A stretch of 64,000 nucleotides of DNA from a bacterium (lineage in GTDB: Bacteria; Myxococcota_A; Bradymonadia; REDH01), in assembly GCA_030427825.1 (NCBI GenBank), contig JAUICO010000008.1, forward strand, positions 513 to 64,512, written 5' to 3'. Below the pieces are notes generated by a model. It worked only from the letters and a program-made list of their open reading frames with translations, did no database searches and had not been told where the DNA came from. The position numbers were made by a program, and so were the translations under genes. This document shows, piece by piece, positions 10,701 through 18,300 of the stretch; the stretch's first letter is position 1; every line of letters begins with the position of its first letter.

Positions 10701-13027
10701 TCCGGACCGCAGGTCTTCAGGCTCGCGTCGCACACCGCCGTATCGGGGCAGTCCGCGTCCGATCCGCACTCAACGACGCAGGCCCTTTCGATACATGCAT
10801 TGGTGCCGGAGCAGTCGGCGTCCACGGTGCACTCGTACACACAGGTCAGGGTCGTATCATCGCAAATCCGATCGCTTGCGCAGTCAGCATCGGAAGCGCA
10901 GGGCGGGTCATCGGGGCACTGGCCGGGCACCTCGCATTCCGGCACGCAGCCATCGGCACCCTGCGCGAAGCCTGCGGCGCACGCACACGTCCCTGCCGTT
11001 GCATCGGTACACACAGAGTTTTCGGGACAGCACGCAGTCCCGCAGGTCTCAGAGGCGACGCAGACGCAGGCTCCGATTGCCTCACTGCAGGTCTGGGAAG
11101 CTGAACAGGTGATGGCGTCGCCGGGCAAACAAACTCCGGCACCGATATTGCACTCCTCGGCACCGTTGCACGTCAGCCCGTCGTCGCAGTGCCTGTCTTC
11201 TGTGCAGGCCGTCCCGATGTCGGAACAGCTGAGCGTGGCGGCGTTGCAGTCACGCACCGGGCCGAACGCAACATTGTCGAAGTACGTTGAGCCGCCAATG
11301 CACGCGAGCTGGAAGCTGAGGTCGAGCCCCTGCGTCGTGTCGAAACCGTAGTCTGCGAATACGTGTGTATGAATCAACGTGGCCTGCGTCTGCCAATGAA
11401 CGCCGGGCGCAGGCAGCTGGACCGGCAGCTTCCGAAAGCGGCCCTTCTGAAACACGCCGAGGCTGCCTGAGCTGCAGAGAACGCCGGGGTCTGAGCGATA
11501 GTCAAAGGTGAGGCCGACGCCGCAGGCGCCGTCGATCGTGATCCGGCGGCCCACGTGTGCGGCGCCGTCGAGAGCACTCCACGCGGCTTCCTGTGCCGGC
11601 GGTGGGGAGCCTGCGTCAGCTGCGATCGGCAATGTGCCGAGCGATTCCCGTGCTGCGTTCCACACAGCGATGTCGGCGGTGCAGCTGGGGTCGGGCGTTG
11701 CCACACAGGCGTCGCCCTCTTCGTCGCACACCGAATCGCTTCCACACTCAGGCGGGGTACCCGCGGTGCATTCACCGGATTCGTTGCACGCCTCGACGCC
11801 GTTGCAGAAGAGGCGGTCGCTGCAGTCGCTGTCGACGGCACATTGACGACTCGCGGCGCAGGTCGGTGGGTCGCAGCTTCCGCTTCCGCCGATCTCGCGG
11901 GACGCAAGGTTGTCGATCCAGACGCCGCCGGGCGTTGGGGTTGATCCCGCCTGCAATGTGAAACCCATCTCGAAGGGCAGCGCGGTATTGATCCCCGCCT
12001 CAACCAGCTGTGCTTCCGTCGCCTGCAACGAGTAGGTCTGCCAGTCGCCGGAGGCCGGATCATCCACGGTGTCTCCGACTTCGACCCAGCCACCGCTCTG
12101 GCGCGCGACCAGGCGCTCGCCGTACGACAGCGCCGGATTTCCCTCTGTTCGCAGGTCCCACACAAGACCGGCGCCGCAACCCGCTCCGCTGAGCGTGATG
12201 CCGCCGTGATCGAAGATTACGACTGTGTCATCATCGGCCGCCGCGACGGACTCCTGGGATACAAAATGGGCAGGCGCCGGGTTGCCGTCTTCACCGGATA
12301 GCGCGACCTGTCGGTCTGTAGCGGCGTCACCGGTCGCCGAGAGCCATACATCGTCGCTGCACGCGTCCGTTGGCGCTCCATCACATCGTCCGGTGGGATC
12401 GAAGTACACGCTGAAGTTGTCGACGCGAATACGCCCACCGAGCAGGCCGACGATCGGTCTCTGCACAGCGACGTTGATGCCGAAGCGATAGGGACCCGTT
12501 CCCTCAATCAGGCTCTGAGGCGCCCGCGTGTTTTGAGAGACCGTCCGCCATTGCGCATTTGCGGCGACCGACGCGGCGGTGCTGATTGTGCCGGTGCCTT
12601 CATCGAGGATGATGAGCGCTACTTCGACGCCGGGCTGCACGCCGCCTGACACCGCGACCATCGAATCCACCGACATGCAGTAGCTGCCGGACTCCGACAA
12701 CCTGGGGATGGCGGTCTCGTGGAACGCCCGCGCGAAGGGCGTGCAGTCGGCGGTTGCTGTATGATCGAACCTGAAGCTGCCGCTGGGTGCGGGAAACCCG
12801 GCCGCGGTGGTTCGGCCGGCGTACTCGACGAAGTCTTCGTCAGAGCAATCGCCGTTGGCGCTGCTGACGTTGAGGTTCCAGGAGGCGTCCCCAAAGTCCC
12901 GGTCCTCGATAAGAACCTGCGCGGAGGCCGCCGGCAACGCCACGACGAGCAGCACGATACATGCGGCGCCGGCAGTGAACCGGCAGACCTTTGGAATTCC
13001 CGGGTTGTTTCGCGGACTTGTAAGCAC
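7748..13027 (-). CDS. giant secreted Cys-rich repeat protein with thrombospondin type-3 repeats and MYXO-CTERM tail (paralog B)
   Basis: 1759-aa ORF with a GTG start at 13027 preceded by GGAGAA. Signal-like N-terminus (CRFTAGAACIVLLVVALPAASAQV). Same overall layout as paralog A, with a longer Cys4 array. Tail GCSSTRRPAAPTLFTGLAVVALLARRRRRR. Confidence 0.85.
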   Translation of the reverse strand: MLTSPRNNPGIPKVCRFTAGAACIVLLVVALPAASAQVLIEDRDFGDASWNLNVSSANGDCSDEDFVEYAGRTTAAGFPAPSGSFRFDHTATADCTPFARAFHETAIPRLSESGSYCMSVDSMVAVSGGVQPGVEVALIILDEGTGTISTAASVAANAQWRTVSQNTRAPQSLIEGTGPYRFGINVAVQRPIVGLLGGRIRVDNFSVYFDPTGRCDGAPTDACSDDVWLSATGDAATDRQVALSGEDGNPAPAHFVSQESVAAADDDTVVIFDHGGITLSGAGCGAGLVWDLRTEGNPALSYGERLVARQSGGWVEVGDTVDDPASGDWQTYSLQATEAQLVEAGINTALPFEMGFTLQAGSTPTPGGVWIDNLASREIGGSGSCDPPTCAASRQCAVDSDCSDRLFCNGVEACNESGECTAGTPPECGSDSVCDEEGDACVATPDPSCTADIAVWNAARESLGTLPIAADAGSPPPAQEAAWSALDGAAHVGRRITIDGACGVGLTFDYRSDPGVLCSSGSLGVFQKGRFRKLPVQLPAPGVHWQTQATLIHTHVFADYGFDTTQGLDLSFQLACIGGSTYFDNVAFGPVRDCNAATLSCSDIGTACTEDRHCDDGLTCNGAEECNIGAGVCLPGDAITCSASQTCSEAIGACVCVASETCGTACCPENSVCTDATAGTCACAAGFAQGADGCVPECEVPGQCPDDPPCASDADCASDRICDDTTLTCVYECTVDADCSGTNACIERACVVECGSDADCPDTAVCDASLKTCGPECRKDADCNGTEVCDLISQTCGPECEADQHCSLGQRCRRSTHTCEDVRCVGDEGCSLGEVCRDNICETQCLSDTDCPGTLACDDSGLCSPLCVGDSECDGATTCSSFSLTCTPECGDDLDCGGALRCSGGVCAPECTDNSDCPGDFVCDRGSLRCRPNCTADNECPVGSVCASDGTCLVSCTSNTDCDSEFACDTDAEVCVPGCEIDGSCETVCLSERDCGAGERCSPERVCVSAGCTSDLDCNGTLECQPDGRCGVQCELDADCGAGERCDPVLSICAPECATRLDCEGAQVCVGGACVMECSTDSDCTGAEICDPLNFTCRSECVTEDDCSGSEICALGRCVFECASSSDCAAGRACDLTERRCVPACIEDIDCEAGRRCEAAGFCAQPCLIDAECDGAERCDRSSGRCTPECTSDADCGSEVCNDSLECEPECADDADCPGASVCRVQSATCGPRCLYDDDCGPGLACSSALTCSAECLRNSECFGTEICDGGRCRAECAENGDCAPGLVCVPSTRTCEPPCVVDEDCPDGSCRRATGVCTSSCGGSTGCSGGQVCAGAAGCVPACTSNRDCTGAWCDRGSLTCRRECFVDSDCGASEVCNEDGRCSAACMISADCAVGECFNGRCVNTCGDAEDCSDEELCLAGQCRSECVFDDDCPGGAVCEGNRCIGDSDGDGISNSVEIALGGDPNQADSDGDGFCDGLIAVPGQCRSGEDLVGMRDTDGDLIPDALDADDDDDGVPTATELAVSTEPYLADSDHDGLCDGPGRTGAAALPCVGGESGEGAGSGLDTDGDGTINALDIDDDDDGILTAVEVSDTAALSAGLGIAAEDADLDGDGLNNWVDVDADGDSADPSAPVADGNDGGLGAGRGDCSGNGVPNYLDDQPCAAVAVDSDLDGVVDRIDNCPFSQNAGQEDCDGDGSGDVCDLEGDREGQGRCVNVEPEPPADTDRGCSSTRRPAAPTLFTGLAVVALLARRRRRR
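7751..7840 (-). other. MYXO-CTERM-like sorting tail of paralog B
   Basis: GCSSTRRPAAPTLFTGLAVVALLARRRRRR. Confidence 0.7.
7900..8690 (-). repeat. thrombospondin type-3-like Ca-binding repeat region of paralog B
   Basis: GDSDGDGISNS, DSDGDGFCDG, DTDGDLIPDALDADDDDDG, DSDHDGLCDG, DTDGDGTINALDIDDDDDG, DADLDGDGLNNWVDVDADGDS, DNCPFSQNAGQEDCDGDGSGDVCD. Confidence 0.8.
8685..11215 (-). repeat. long array of Cys4 modules of paralog B
   Basis: Dozens of consecutive units such as ECGSDADCPDTAVCDASLKTCGP, ECRKDADCNGTEVCDLISQTCGP, ECTSDADCGSEVCNDSLECEP, ECADDADCPGASVCRVQSATCGP. Confidence 0.8.
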
Positions 13028-13320
13028 GTGGCTTCTCCGATCAGTTTCTTTGCGCGAATGCGCTGAACCGCGCGCCGGTCGAACGGGACTCCCGCGCGAT
13101 GCGTTCGGTGCTCTGTCATCCTGCGCTCGGGCCGGTTGTCACTACCGGCACCCTTCATTGGGCAATCGACTTCAGGTCAGACTCAACTGCCTCTGCGCTG
13201 ATTTTCAGGGGGCATACGAGTACCTACAGCCTCGTCGCCATCACTGCCAGAAAGCGCCCCGGATTGCGCCTTGCGGAGCGCTGCACCTGTCCTCAATCGT
13301 GGGTACCTGCGTCGACAGCG

Positions 13321-13354
13321 GGAGGGGAAACTAGAACACGTTTCAGTTTCCTCC
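13321..13354. promoter_or_regulatory. imperfect palindrome in the divergent intergenic region upstream of the aldehyde dehydrogenase gene
   Basis: GGAGGGGAAACT-n12-AGTTTCCTCC, with an inner GAAAC/GTTTC pair. It lies about 50 nt upstream of ATG 13401 and is followed by a GGAG RBS. A TetR gene lies downstream of the ALDH gene. Confidence 0.3.
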
Positions 13355-13400
13355 GAAGATCCAGTATACATCTGCGCGCCTGAAGTACGGAGTATGATCT

Positions 13401-14933
13401 ATGGCCATCGTTGAAGCGATCAAGACGGCGAAGAACGCGCCACGAAAACTGAGAATCTCGAATCCGGCGACTCTGGAAGAGATTGGCGTCATTACGGTCA
13501 CAGATGCAGAAGCCACGAAGGCTGCCGTCCGTCGTGCGCGCGAAGCGCAGCGCGAGTGGGCACAAAGGCCGATCAAGGAACGCTGCCGGCTGATGTACCG
13601 GGCTCTCGACGTGCTGATGAAGAATCAGGACGAGTACATGGAGCTGATTATCAAGGAGACCGGGCGCGGACGCGCCGAGACCCTGATGATGGAGATTCTC
13701 GCGGCGGCGGACACGATGGCCTGGTTCGCGAAGCGGGGCCCCAAAGAGCTCGCCGATCGACGGGTCGCGACTCCGACCATTCTCAAGGCAAAGAAGCTGA
13801 TTCAGACCTACAAGCCCCTCGGTGTCGTCGGTATCATCGCGCCCTGGAACGGCCCCTTTGTGATGGGTATCAGCCCGGCGATCCCGGCGCTGATTGCCGG
13901 CAACGCAGTCGTCATCAAGCCCTCCGAGGTGACACCCTTCTCGGGGATGCTCATACAAGACCTCTTCGCCGAGGCCGGCTTTCCCAACGACCTGCTTCAG
14001 GTGTTGCCCGGGGACGGAGAGACCGGCGCCGCGCTCATCGACGCCGGCGTCAACAAGATTTCATTTACAGGGTCCACGGCGACCGGCCGAAAGGTCGCTG
14101 CAGCCTGCGGGCAGAACCTGATCCCGTGCACACTCGAGCTGGGTGGCAAGGACGCGATGATCGTCTGCGCCGATGCGAACCTTGAGCGCGCCGCCGCCGG
14201 CGCACTGGCCGCATCCATGTTCAACACCGGGCAGTTCTGTTGCGCGACCGAGCGCTGCTACGTCGTGGAGTCCGTCGCCGAAGAGTTTATCTCGCTGGTC
14301 GTCGAGAAAGCTCGGGAGCTGCGCCAGGGTACGGACGGCGACCAGGACATCAGTGTGATGATCTGGCCCAAACAGCTGGAGATTATTCAGGATCACATGG
14401 ACGACGCCGTACAGAAAGGGGCGACGGTCCTGGTCGGCGGGCGACAACACCCGGATCTCAACGGGGCGTGGGAGCCGACGGTGCTGACCAACGTAACGCA
14501 CTCGATGAAGATCATGACCGAAGAGTCCTTCGGGCCCATCCTGCCCATCATGATCGTGCCGGATCAGCACGCTGCAGTGCAGCTGGCCAACGACTCCAAG
14601 TACGGGCTCAGCGGCACGGTCTGGAGCCGCAGCGAGAAGAACGCCATCGCGGTCGCAAAGCAGGTAGAGACCGGCAGCGTATGCATCAACGAGACGGCAC
14701 TCACCTTCGGCGTCCACAACGCGCCATTTGGCGGCGTGAAAGATTCGGGCATGGGCTACGTGCACGGGCCCGATGCGTTGAAGAGCTTCTGCCAGCCGGT
14801 TCCACTCATCGTCGACCGACTCGGCATGAAGACCGAGCAGAACTGGTATCCGCTGACCGCCGACAAGTTCGAAGGCATGCAGAAGTTCGTGAAGGTCTTC
14901 TACGGCAGCGTGCTGCGAAAGGTGTTCGGGTGA
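13401..14933 (+). CDS. NAD(P)-dependent aldehyde dehydrogenase family protein
   Basis: 510 aa with ELGGKDAMIV (catalytic Glu region), FNTGQFCCATER (catalytic Cys region), FTGSTATGRKV, and EESFGPILPI. Confidence 0.9.
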   Translation: MAIVEAIKTAKNAPRKLRISNPATLEEIGVITVTDAEATKAAVRRAREAQREWAQRPIKERCRLMYRALDVLMKNQDEYMELIIKETGRGRAETLMMEILAAADTMAWFAKRGPKELADRRVATPTILKAKKLIQTYKPLGVVGIIAPWNGPFVMGISPAIPALIAGNAVVIKPSEVTPFSGMLIQDLFAEAGFPNDLLQVLPGDGETGAALIDAGVNKISFTGSTATGRKVAAACGQNLIPCTLELGGKDAMIVCADANLERAAAGALAASMFNTGQFCCATERCYVVESVAEEFISLVVEKARELRQGTDGDQDISVMIWPKQLEIIQDHMDDAVQKGATVLVGGRQHPDLNGAWEPTVLTNVTHSMKIMTEESFGPILPIMIVPDQHAAVQLANDSKYGLSGTVWSRSEKNAIAVAKQVETGSVCINETALTFGVHNAPFGGVKDSGMGYVHGPDALKSFCQPVPLIVDRLGMKTEQNWYPLTADKFEGMQKFVKVFYGSVLRKVFG

Positions 14934-15021
14934 ACCCGCGTCTGCAGCCAACCCCACGCTCCGATTCCAACCTCGGGAATAGCGGTCGACAGCGGCACGG
15001 GCGCTGCGATAGGCTCGCATC

Positions 15022-15711
15022 GTGAACGCAAGGCGAAAGAACCCGCTCACCCGAACGGGCATCCTCGACACTGCGCTTGAGATCGCTTCCAACGAGGGGC
15101 TCGACGCGCTCTCACTACGACGGCTCGGCAAAGAGCTCGGTGTGTCTGCGACCGCCCTCTACGGGCACTTCGAGAGCCGGGACCGACTGCTGATGTCCCT
15201 GGTTGAGCGTGCCCTACAGGTTGCGAAGATGCTTCCCACAGGGGACACCGATCAGCCCTGGCAGGAACGAGTCGAGGCCTTCTACATGGCCGGCTTTGAC
15301 TCGATGATGAGCTGTCCGCCGCTGCTGCAGATTCTGCAGCGCATGCCGCCTGACGATTTCTCACCGGGAGTCCCGGAAGCGTTGGAGTACTGCCTCAAGA
15401 TCGTCGCTGACGCCGGCCTCACGGAACAACAGCTCGTCGACACCTACCTGGACCTCCGTGCCTTCACCTACGGCTGGGTGATGGTGGCGCTGCACAACCG
15501 GGGCATGCGGGACACCACCGACGACGCGAAAGAGAACCTGCGCATGTATCAGCTGGGTTTCGAACGCCGAGACAGGCGGCGATATCCACTCACCGTTGAG
15601 CTCGCGCCCCATCTCGCAAAAGCCGGCAGCCGCGACCAGTTTCAACGCTCGCTGCGGGTCTTGATCGAGTCGATCGCCACTCGAGCGGCCGAAAGCTGCG
15701 ACGCGAGGTAA
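15022..15711 (+). CDS. TetR/AcrR family transcriptional regulator
   Basis: N-terminal HTH ILDTALEIASNEGLDALSLRRLGKELGVSATALYGHFESRDRLL. GTG start as given in the ORF track. Confidence 0.85.
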   Translation: MNARRKNPLTRTGILDTALEIASNEGLDALSLRRLGKELGVSATALYGHFESRDRLLMSLVERALQVAKMLPTGDTDQPWQERVEAFYMAGFDSMMSCPPLLQILQRMPPDDFSPGVPEALEYCLKIVADAGLTEQQLVDTYLDLRAFTYGWVMVALHNRGMRDTTDDAKENLRMYQLGFERRDRRRYPLTVELAPHLAKAGSRDQFQRSLRVLIESIATRAAESCDAR

Positions 15712-15732
15712 TCGGACGGAGCAGAATCCGGC

Positions 15733-16707
15733 TCAGAGCCAGCCGTCCTCGCGATACCCGGAAACAGCGCGGTCTATGGCGTCCTGTAGGCCGACCTCTG
15801 CCCGCCAACCCAGGTCCTGATCCATGCGATCGCCTGAGCACACAAAGGCGGGCGCCAACATCTGGTTCACCTGCTTCCTGTCGAGCTGATTTCGGGTGCG
15901 AAACAGCGCAGATCCAAGCGTTGCAAACACGCTCAATATGCGCAGAAGAAAAGGCGGAATTGGGATCATGCGTACTCGGCGCCCGACCCCTGCTTCAAGG
16001 GCGTCCCAAAGCTCGTTGACCGTAATCATGTCCGGTGAGGTCGTGAAGTAACGCTGGTGCCCGGGCCGTGTGTCGCCGGAGAGCACGACAATCGCGTCAA
16101 CCAGGTCGTCGATTGCGACAAAGCTGATTTGTTGAGGCGTCCCGGCGACACGAAAGCCGACGCCACGATTCGCCATCTTGAACAGGGTCAGGAAGGCAGG
16201 GTCACGGCGTCCGATAACGATCGGCGGACGGAAAGAGGTGACGGGAAACTCGACAGTATCGAGGAACGCTTCCGCATCACACTTTGAGCGGCCGTAACTC
16301 TCGACCGGGTTCAGGGTGTCCGCCTCGCTGTGTGGTTGACCGGGCACAGACGGCCCTGCGGCGGCAAGCGATGACGCAAACACAAAGCGAGAGGGAGTCC
16401 ACGACTGACGGCGGATGCAGGCGATCACGTCCTGTACAGACTCAAAATTCAGGGCGCGATATTGCGCGTCGTTGTCGGCAGCAATCACAGCCGCGAGGTG
16501 TACAAACACGTCTACCTCCGGGAGCTCAAAGTCCGCGTCCGCAAAGGCCGCCAGGTCGCCGGGCACAAGGTGAGCTCCGGCTTCTTCAATGAGGCCGGCC
16601 TTCGATGGCGTCCGGACCAGCGCGTGCACTTCGTGGCCGTCAGCGAGAAGCCGCAGAGTCAGGTGGGAGCCGATAAACCCGGTTGCACCGGTGACAAAGA
16701 ATCTCAT
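15733..16707 (-). CDS. NAD-dependent epimerase/dehydratase (extended SDR) family protein
   Basis: MRFFVTGATGFIGSHL Rossmann motif, YGRSKCDAE (YxxxK), GGAGG RBS upstream. Confidence 0.85.
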   Translation of the reverse strand: MRFFVTGATGFIGSHLTLRLLADGHEVHALVRTPSKAGLIEEAGAHLVPGDLAAFADADFELPEVDVFVHLAAVIAADNDAQYRALNFESVQDVIACIRRQSWTPSRFVFASSLAAAGPSVPGQPHSEADTLNPVESYGRSKCDAEAFLDTVEFPVTSFRPPIVIGRRDPAFLTLFKMANRGVGFRVAGTPQQISFVAIDDLVDAIVVLSGDTRPGHQRYFTTSPDMITVNELWDALEAGVGRRVRMIPIPPFLLRILSVFATLGSALFRTRNQLDRKQVNQMLAPAFVCSGDRMDQDLGWRAEVGLQDAIDRAVSGYREDGWL

Positions 16708-16758
16708 GTGGGGTCCTCCTCGTGCAGAAGCACTCTGATCGGTAATTTCGGCTGCGAG

Positions 16759-17745
16759 TCAGCGAAACACAGTGGGCGAGCGTTGGTACGTGTCTGAGAT
16801 TGTTCGTACAGAATCGAGGTCGCTGCCGAAATCTGCTTCGAGCTTGTGGGCGATCCCTCGCCGAGCGAGGTCGTCTGCAAACACGCGGCGCACATGGGAG
16901 GGCGTCAAGTCGTCCGAATGATCATCGAATCGCTTCTCTTCGTCCCGGTCGACAAAGACATGCGCCTTCCATGACACACTGATTCGAACGTGTGCACGTG
17001 GCCAGCGATACAGCATCTGCCCGCCGTCACGTATCTCATAATGGTCGCCGTCGAAGTGCAGCCCTGCGTTGATCGTCAGTCCTCCCGGCAGCTCAGCGCC
17101 TCGCGGACCGATGCGCTGCACCCGGTGAAACATGCGCTCGTTGTCTCCGACGACAGCGCTGTTGTTAACGCACGGCCTGCGGACGGGGGGCGCATCGGGG
17201 CCTTCGGGCCAGTAGGTAAAACCACCGCCTTCGCCCGTGTAGAACCACGCGACAGCTGTGGCCTGCTTGACTCGCCAACTCTCAAAGAGTCCGGATTTCT
17301 GCATCGCTACCAGCAGCCACACCGGCTGCGTAGAGCGATCGAAACCACGAAATGCGGGGACGTCGAGGTGGCCCGGGTCAACTGCCGGCATGGGTGGATT
17401 GAAGTTTGCGTAGACGAGAGTTGGACGCACCCGGGCCGCACCAAACAGCTTCCGTGCGCCGTCCACAAAAGCGGGCAGGTGTAGCAGGGTGTCAGCTCCG
17501 TCGACGAGAGCTGTGTCCCGCGCCCAGTCGCCGCGAAACCAGGGCGCGATGAAGGCCTGTGCCGAGTCATCCGCCGCACCGCGGCCGGCGTCGCTGAGGG
17601 CAGACATCTCAGCGAGGTTCTTCAGGTAACGTTGGACGCACGAATACGGAGCGCCCCGCCGTGCGATCTCGTACACGAAATCAGGGTCCTGCAGGACTTC
17701 ATCGATAACCACCGGAGTCGGCGGGACGAAACGATCGAGGCTCAT
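16759..17745 (-). CDS. hypothetical protein; possible cupin / non-heme Fe(II) oxygenase-like (HxD...H)
   Basis: 328-aa ORF with coding-like GC3, co-oriented with the epimerase and 51 nt upstream of it. H126-L-D128 and H207 (ERMFHRV) could form a facial triad. No family recognised with confidence. Confidence 0.55.
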   Translation of the reverse strand: MSLDRFVPPTPVVIDEVLQDPDFVYEIARRGAPYSCVQRYLKNLAEMSALSDAGRGAADDSAQAFIAPWFRGDWARDTALVDGADTLLHLPAFVDGARKLFGAARVRPTLVYANFNPPMPAVDPGHLDVPAFRGFDRSTQPVWLLVAMQKSGLFESWRVKQATAVAWFYTGEGGGFTYWPEGPDAPPVRRPCVNNSAVVGDNERMFHRVQRIGPRGAELPGGLTINAGLHFDGDHYEIRDGGQMLYRWPRAHVRISVSWKAHVFVDRDEEKRFDDHSDDLTPSHVRRVFADDLARRGIAHKLEADFGSDLDSVRTISDTYQRSPTVFR

Positions 17746-17856
17746 CGGCGTTCAAGCTCCTTCAAAGGCGTCGTGTTGCCGGTCATAATGCCGGACGGTG
17801 GCCGTGTCGCCCTGCTTCGGGGCCACAGGCACTGACGCAAGCACGCGAGGATCAAC

Positions 17857-18291
17857 ATGTTACGATTTCTGATGATACTCTTCCTCCTCTCACTCAGCGG
17901 CGTCGCGGCGGCGGACATACCCAGCAACCGGCCCGAGACCTGCACGATGGAACGGGTAGCTCGCGGCGACACGTGTGAAGTTTGCAGCGGCGCGTACCAC
18001 GCCGACACGGACTACTGCGTGCGCAATTATGAAGGACGAGACTTCGAGCGCCGATGTCGCACGAGCGGCGCGTCCACCTGGAACGAGATCTGGTGCGAGC
18101 GTGCCGCCGAAGCCGAGGTAGCCGCAGGCGACGGCGAGGCCGGGAGCCACGGCGCGCAATCGAATGAAGCGGCGACGGACACCCGTTCGAAGCGCTCGCG
18201 CAACTGCTCTGTAGGCGGCAGCTCGGGAGCGGTCGCCGGCATGGCGCTGGCCGCGCTGATGCTCCTGCACCGCCGCAGGCATTCGCTGTGA
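17857..18291 (+). CDS. small secreted Cys-containing protein with MYXO-CTERM-like tail
   Basis: Signal peptide MLRFLMILFLLSLSGVAAA, several Cys in the mature part, and C-terminus NCSVGGSSGAVAGMALAALMLLHRRRHSL. Confidence 0.6.
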   Translation: MLRFLMILFLLSLSGVAAADIPSNRPETCTMERVARGDTCEVCSGAYHADTDYCVRNYEGRDFERRCRTSGASTWNEIWCERAAEAEVAAGDGEAGSHGAQSNEAATDTRSKRSRNCSVGGSSGAVAGMALAALMLLHRRRHSL

Positions 18292-18300
18292 ACAAGGCAG

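Noticed and set aside
3066-11351. Numerous 60 to 300-aa ORFs in other frames and on the other strand across the two giant genes, for example 4731..5456, 5050..5940, 6357..7244, 10384..11112 and 11374..12165.
   Set aside because: They are all nested in the two uninterrupted giant ORFs, whose repeat structure and terminal sorting signals make them the real genes. The nested ORFs are low-complexity Ser/Pro/Arg translations.
13028-13400. Intergenic regions here, and also at 31374..31550, 34118..34324 and 48986..49279, scanned for tRNA or other structured RNA genes.
   Set aside because: I saw no GGTTCGAATCC-type T-arm or cloverleaf-compatible segment by eye. Absence cannot be proven without tRNAscan-SE or Infernal.
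14061-15131. 356-aa minus-strand ORF.
   Set aside because: It is antisense to the aldehyde dehydrogenase gene, which has clear catalytic motifs.
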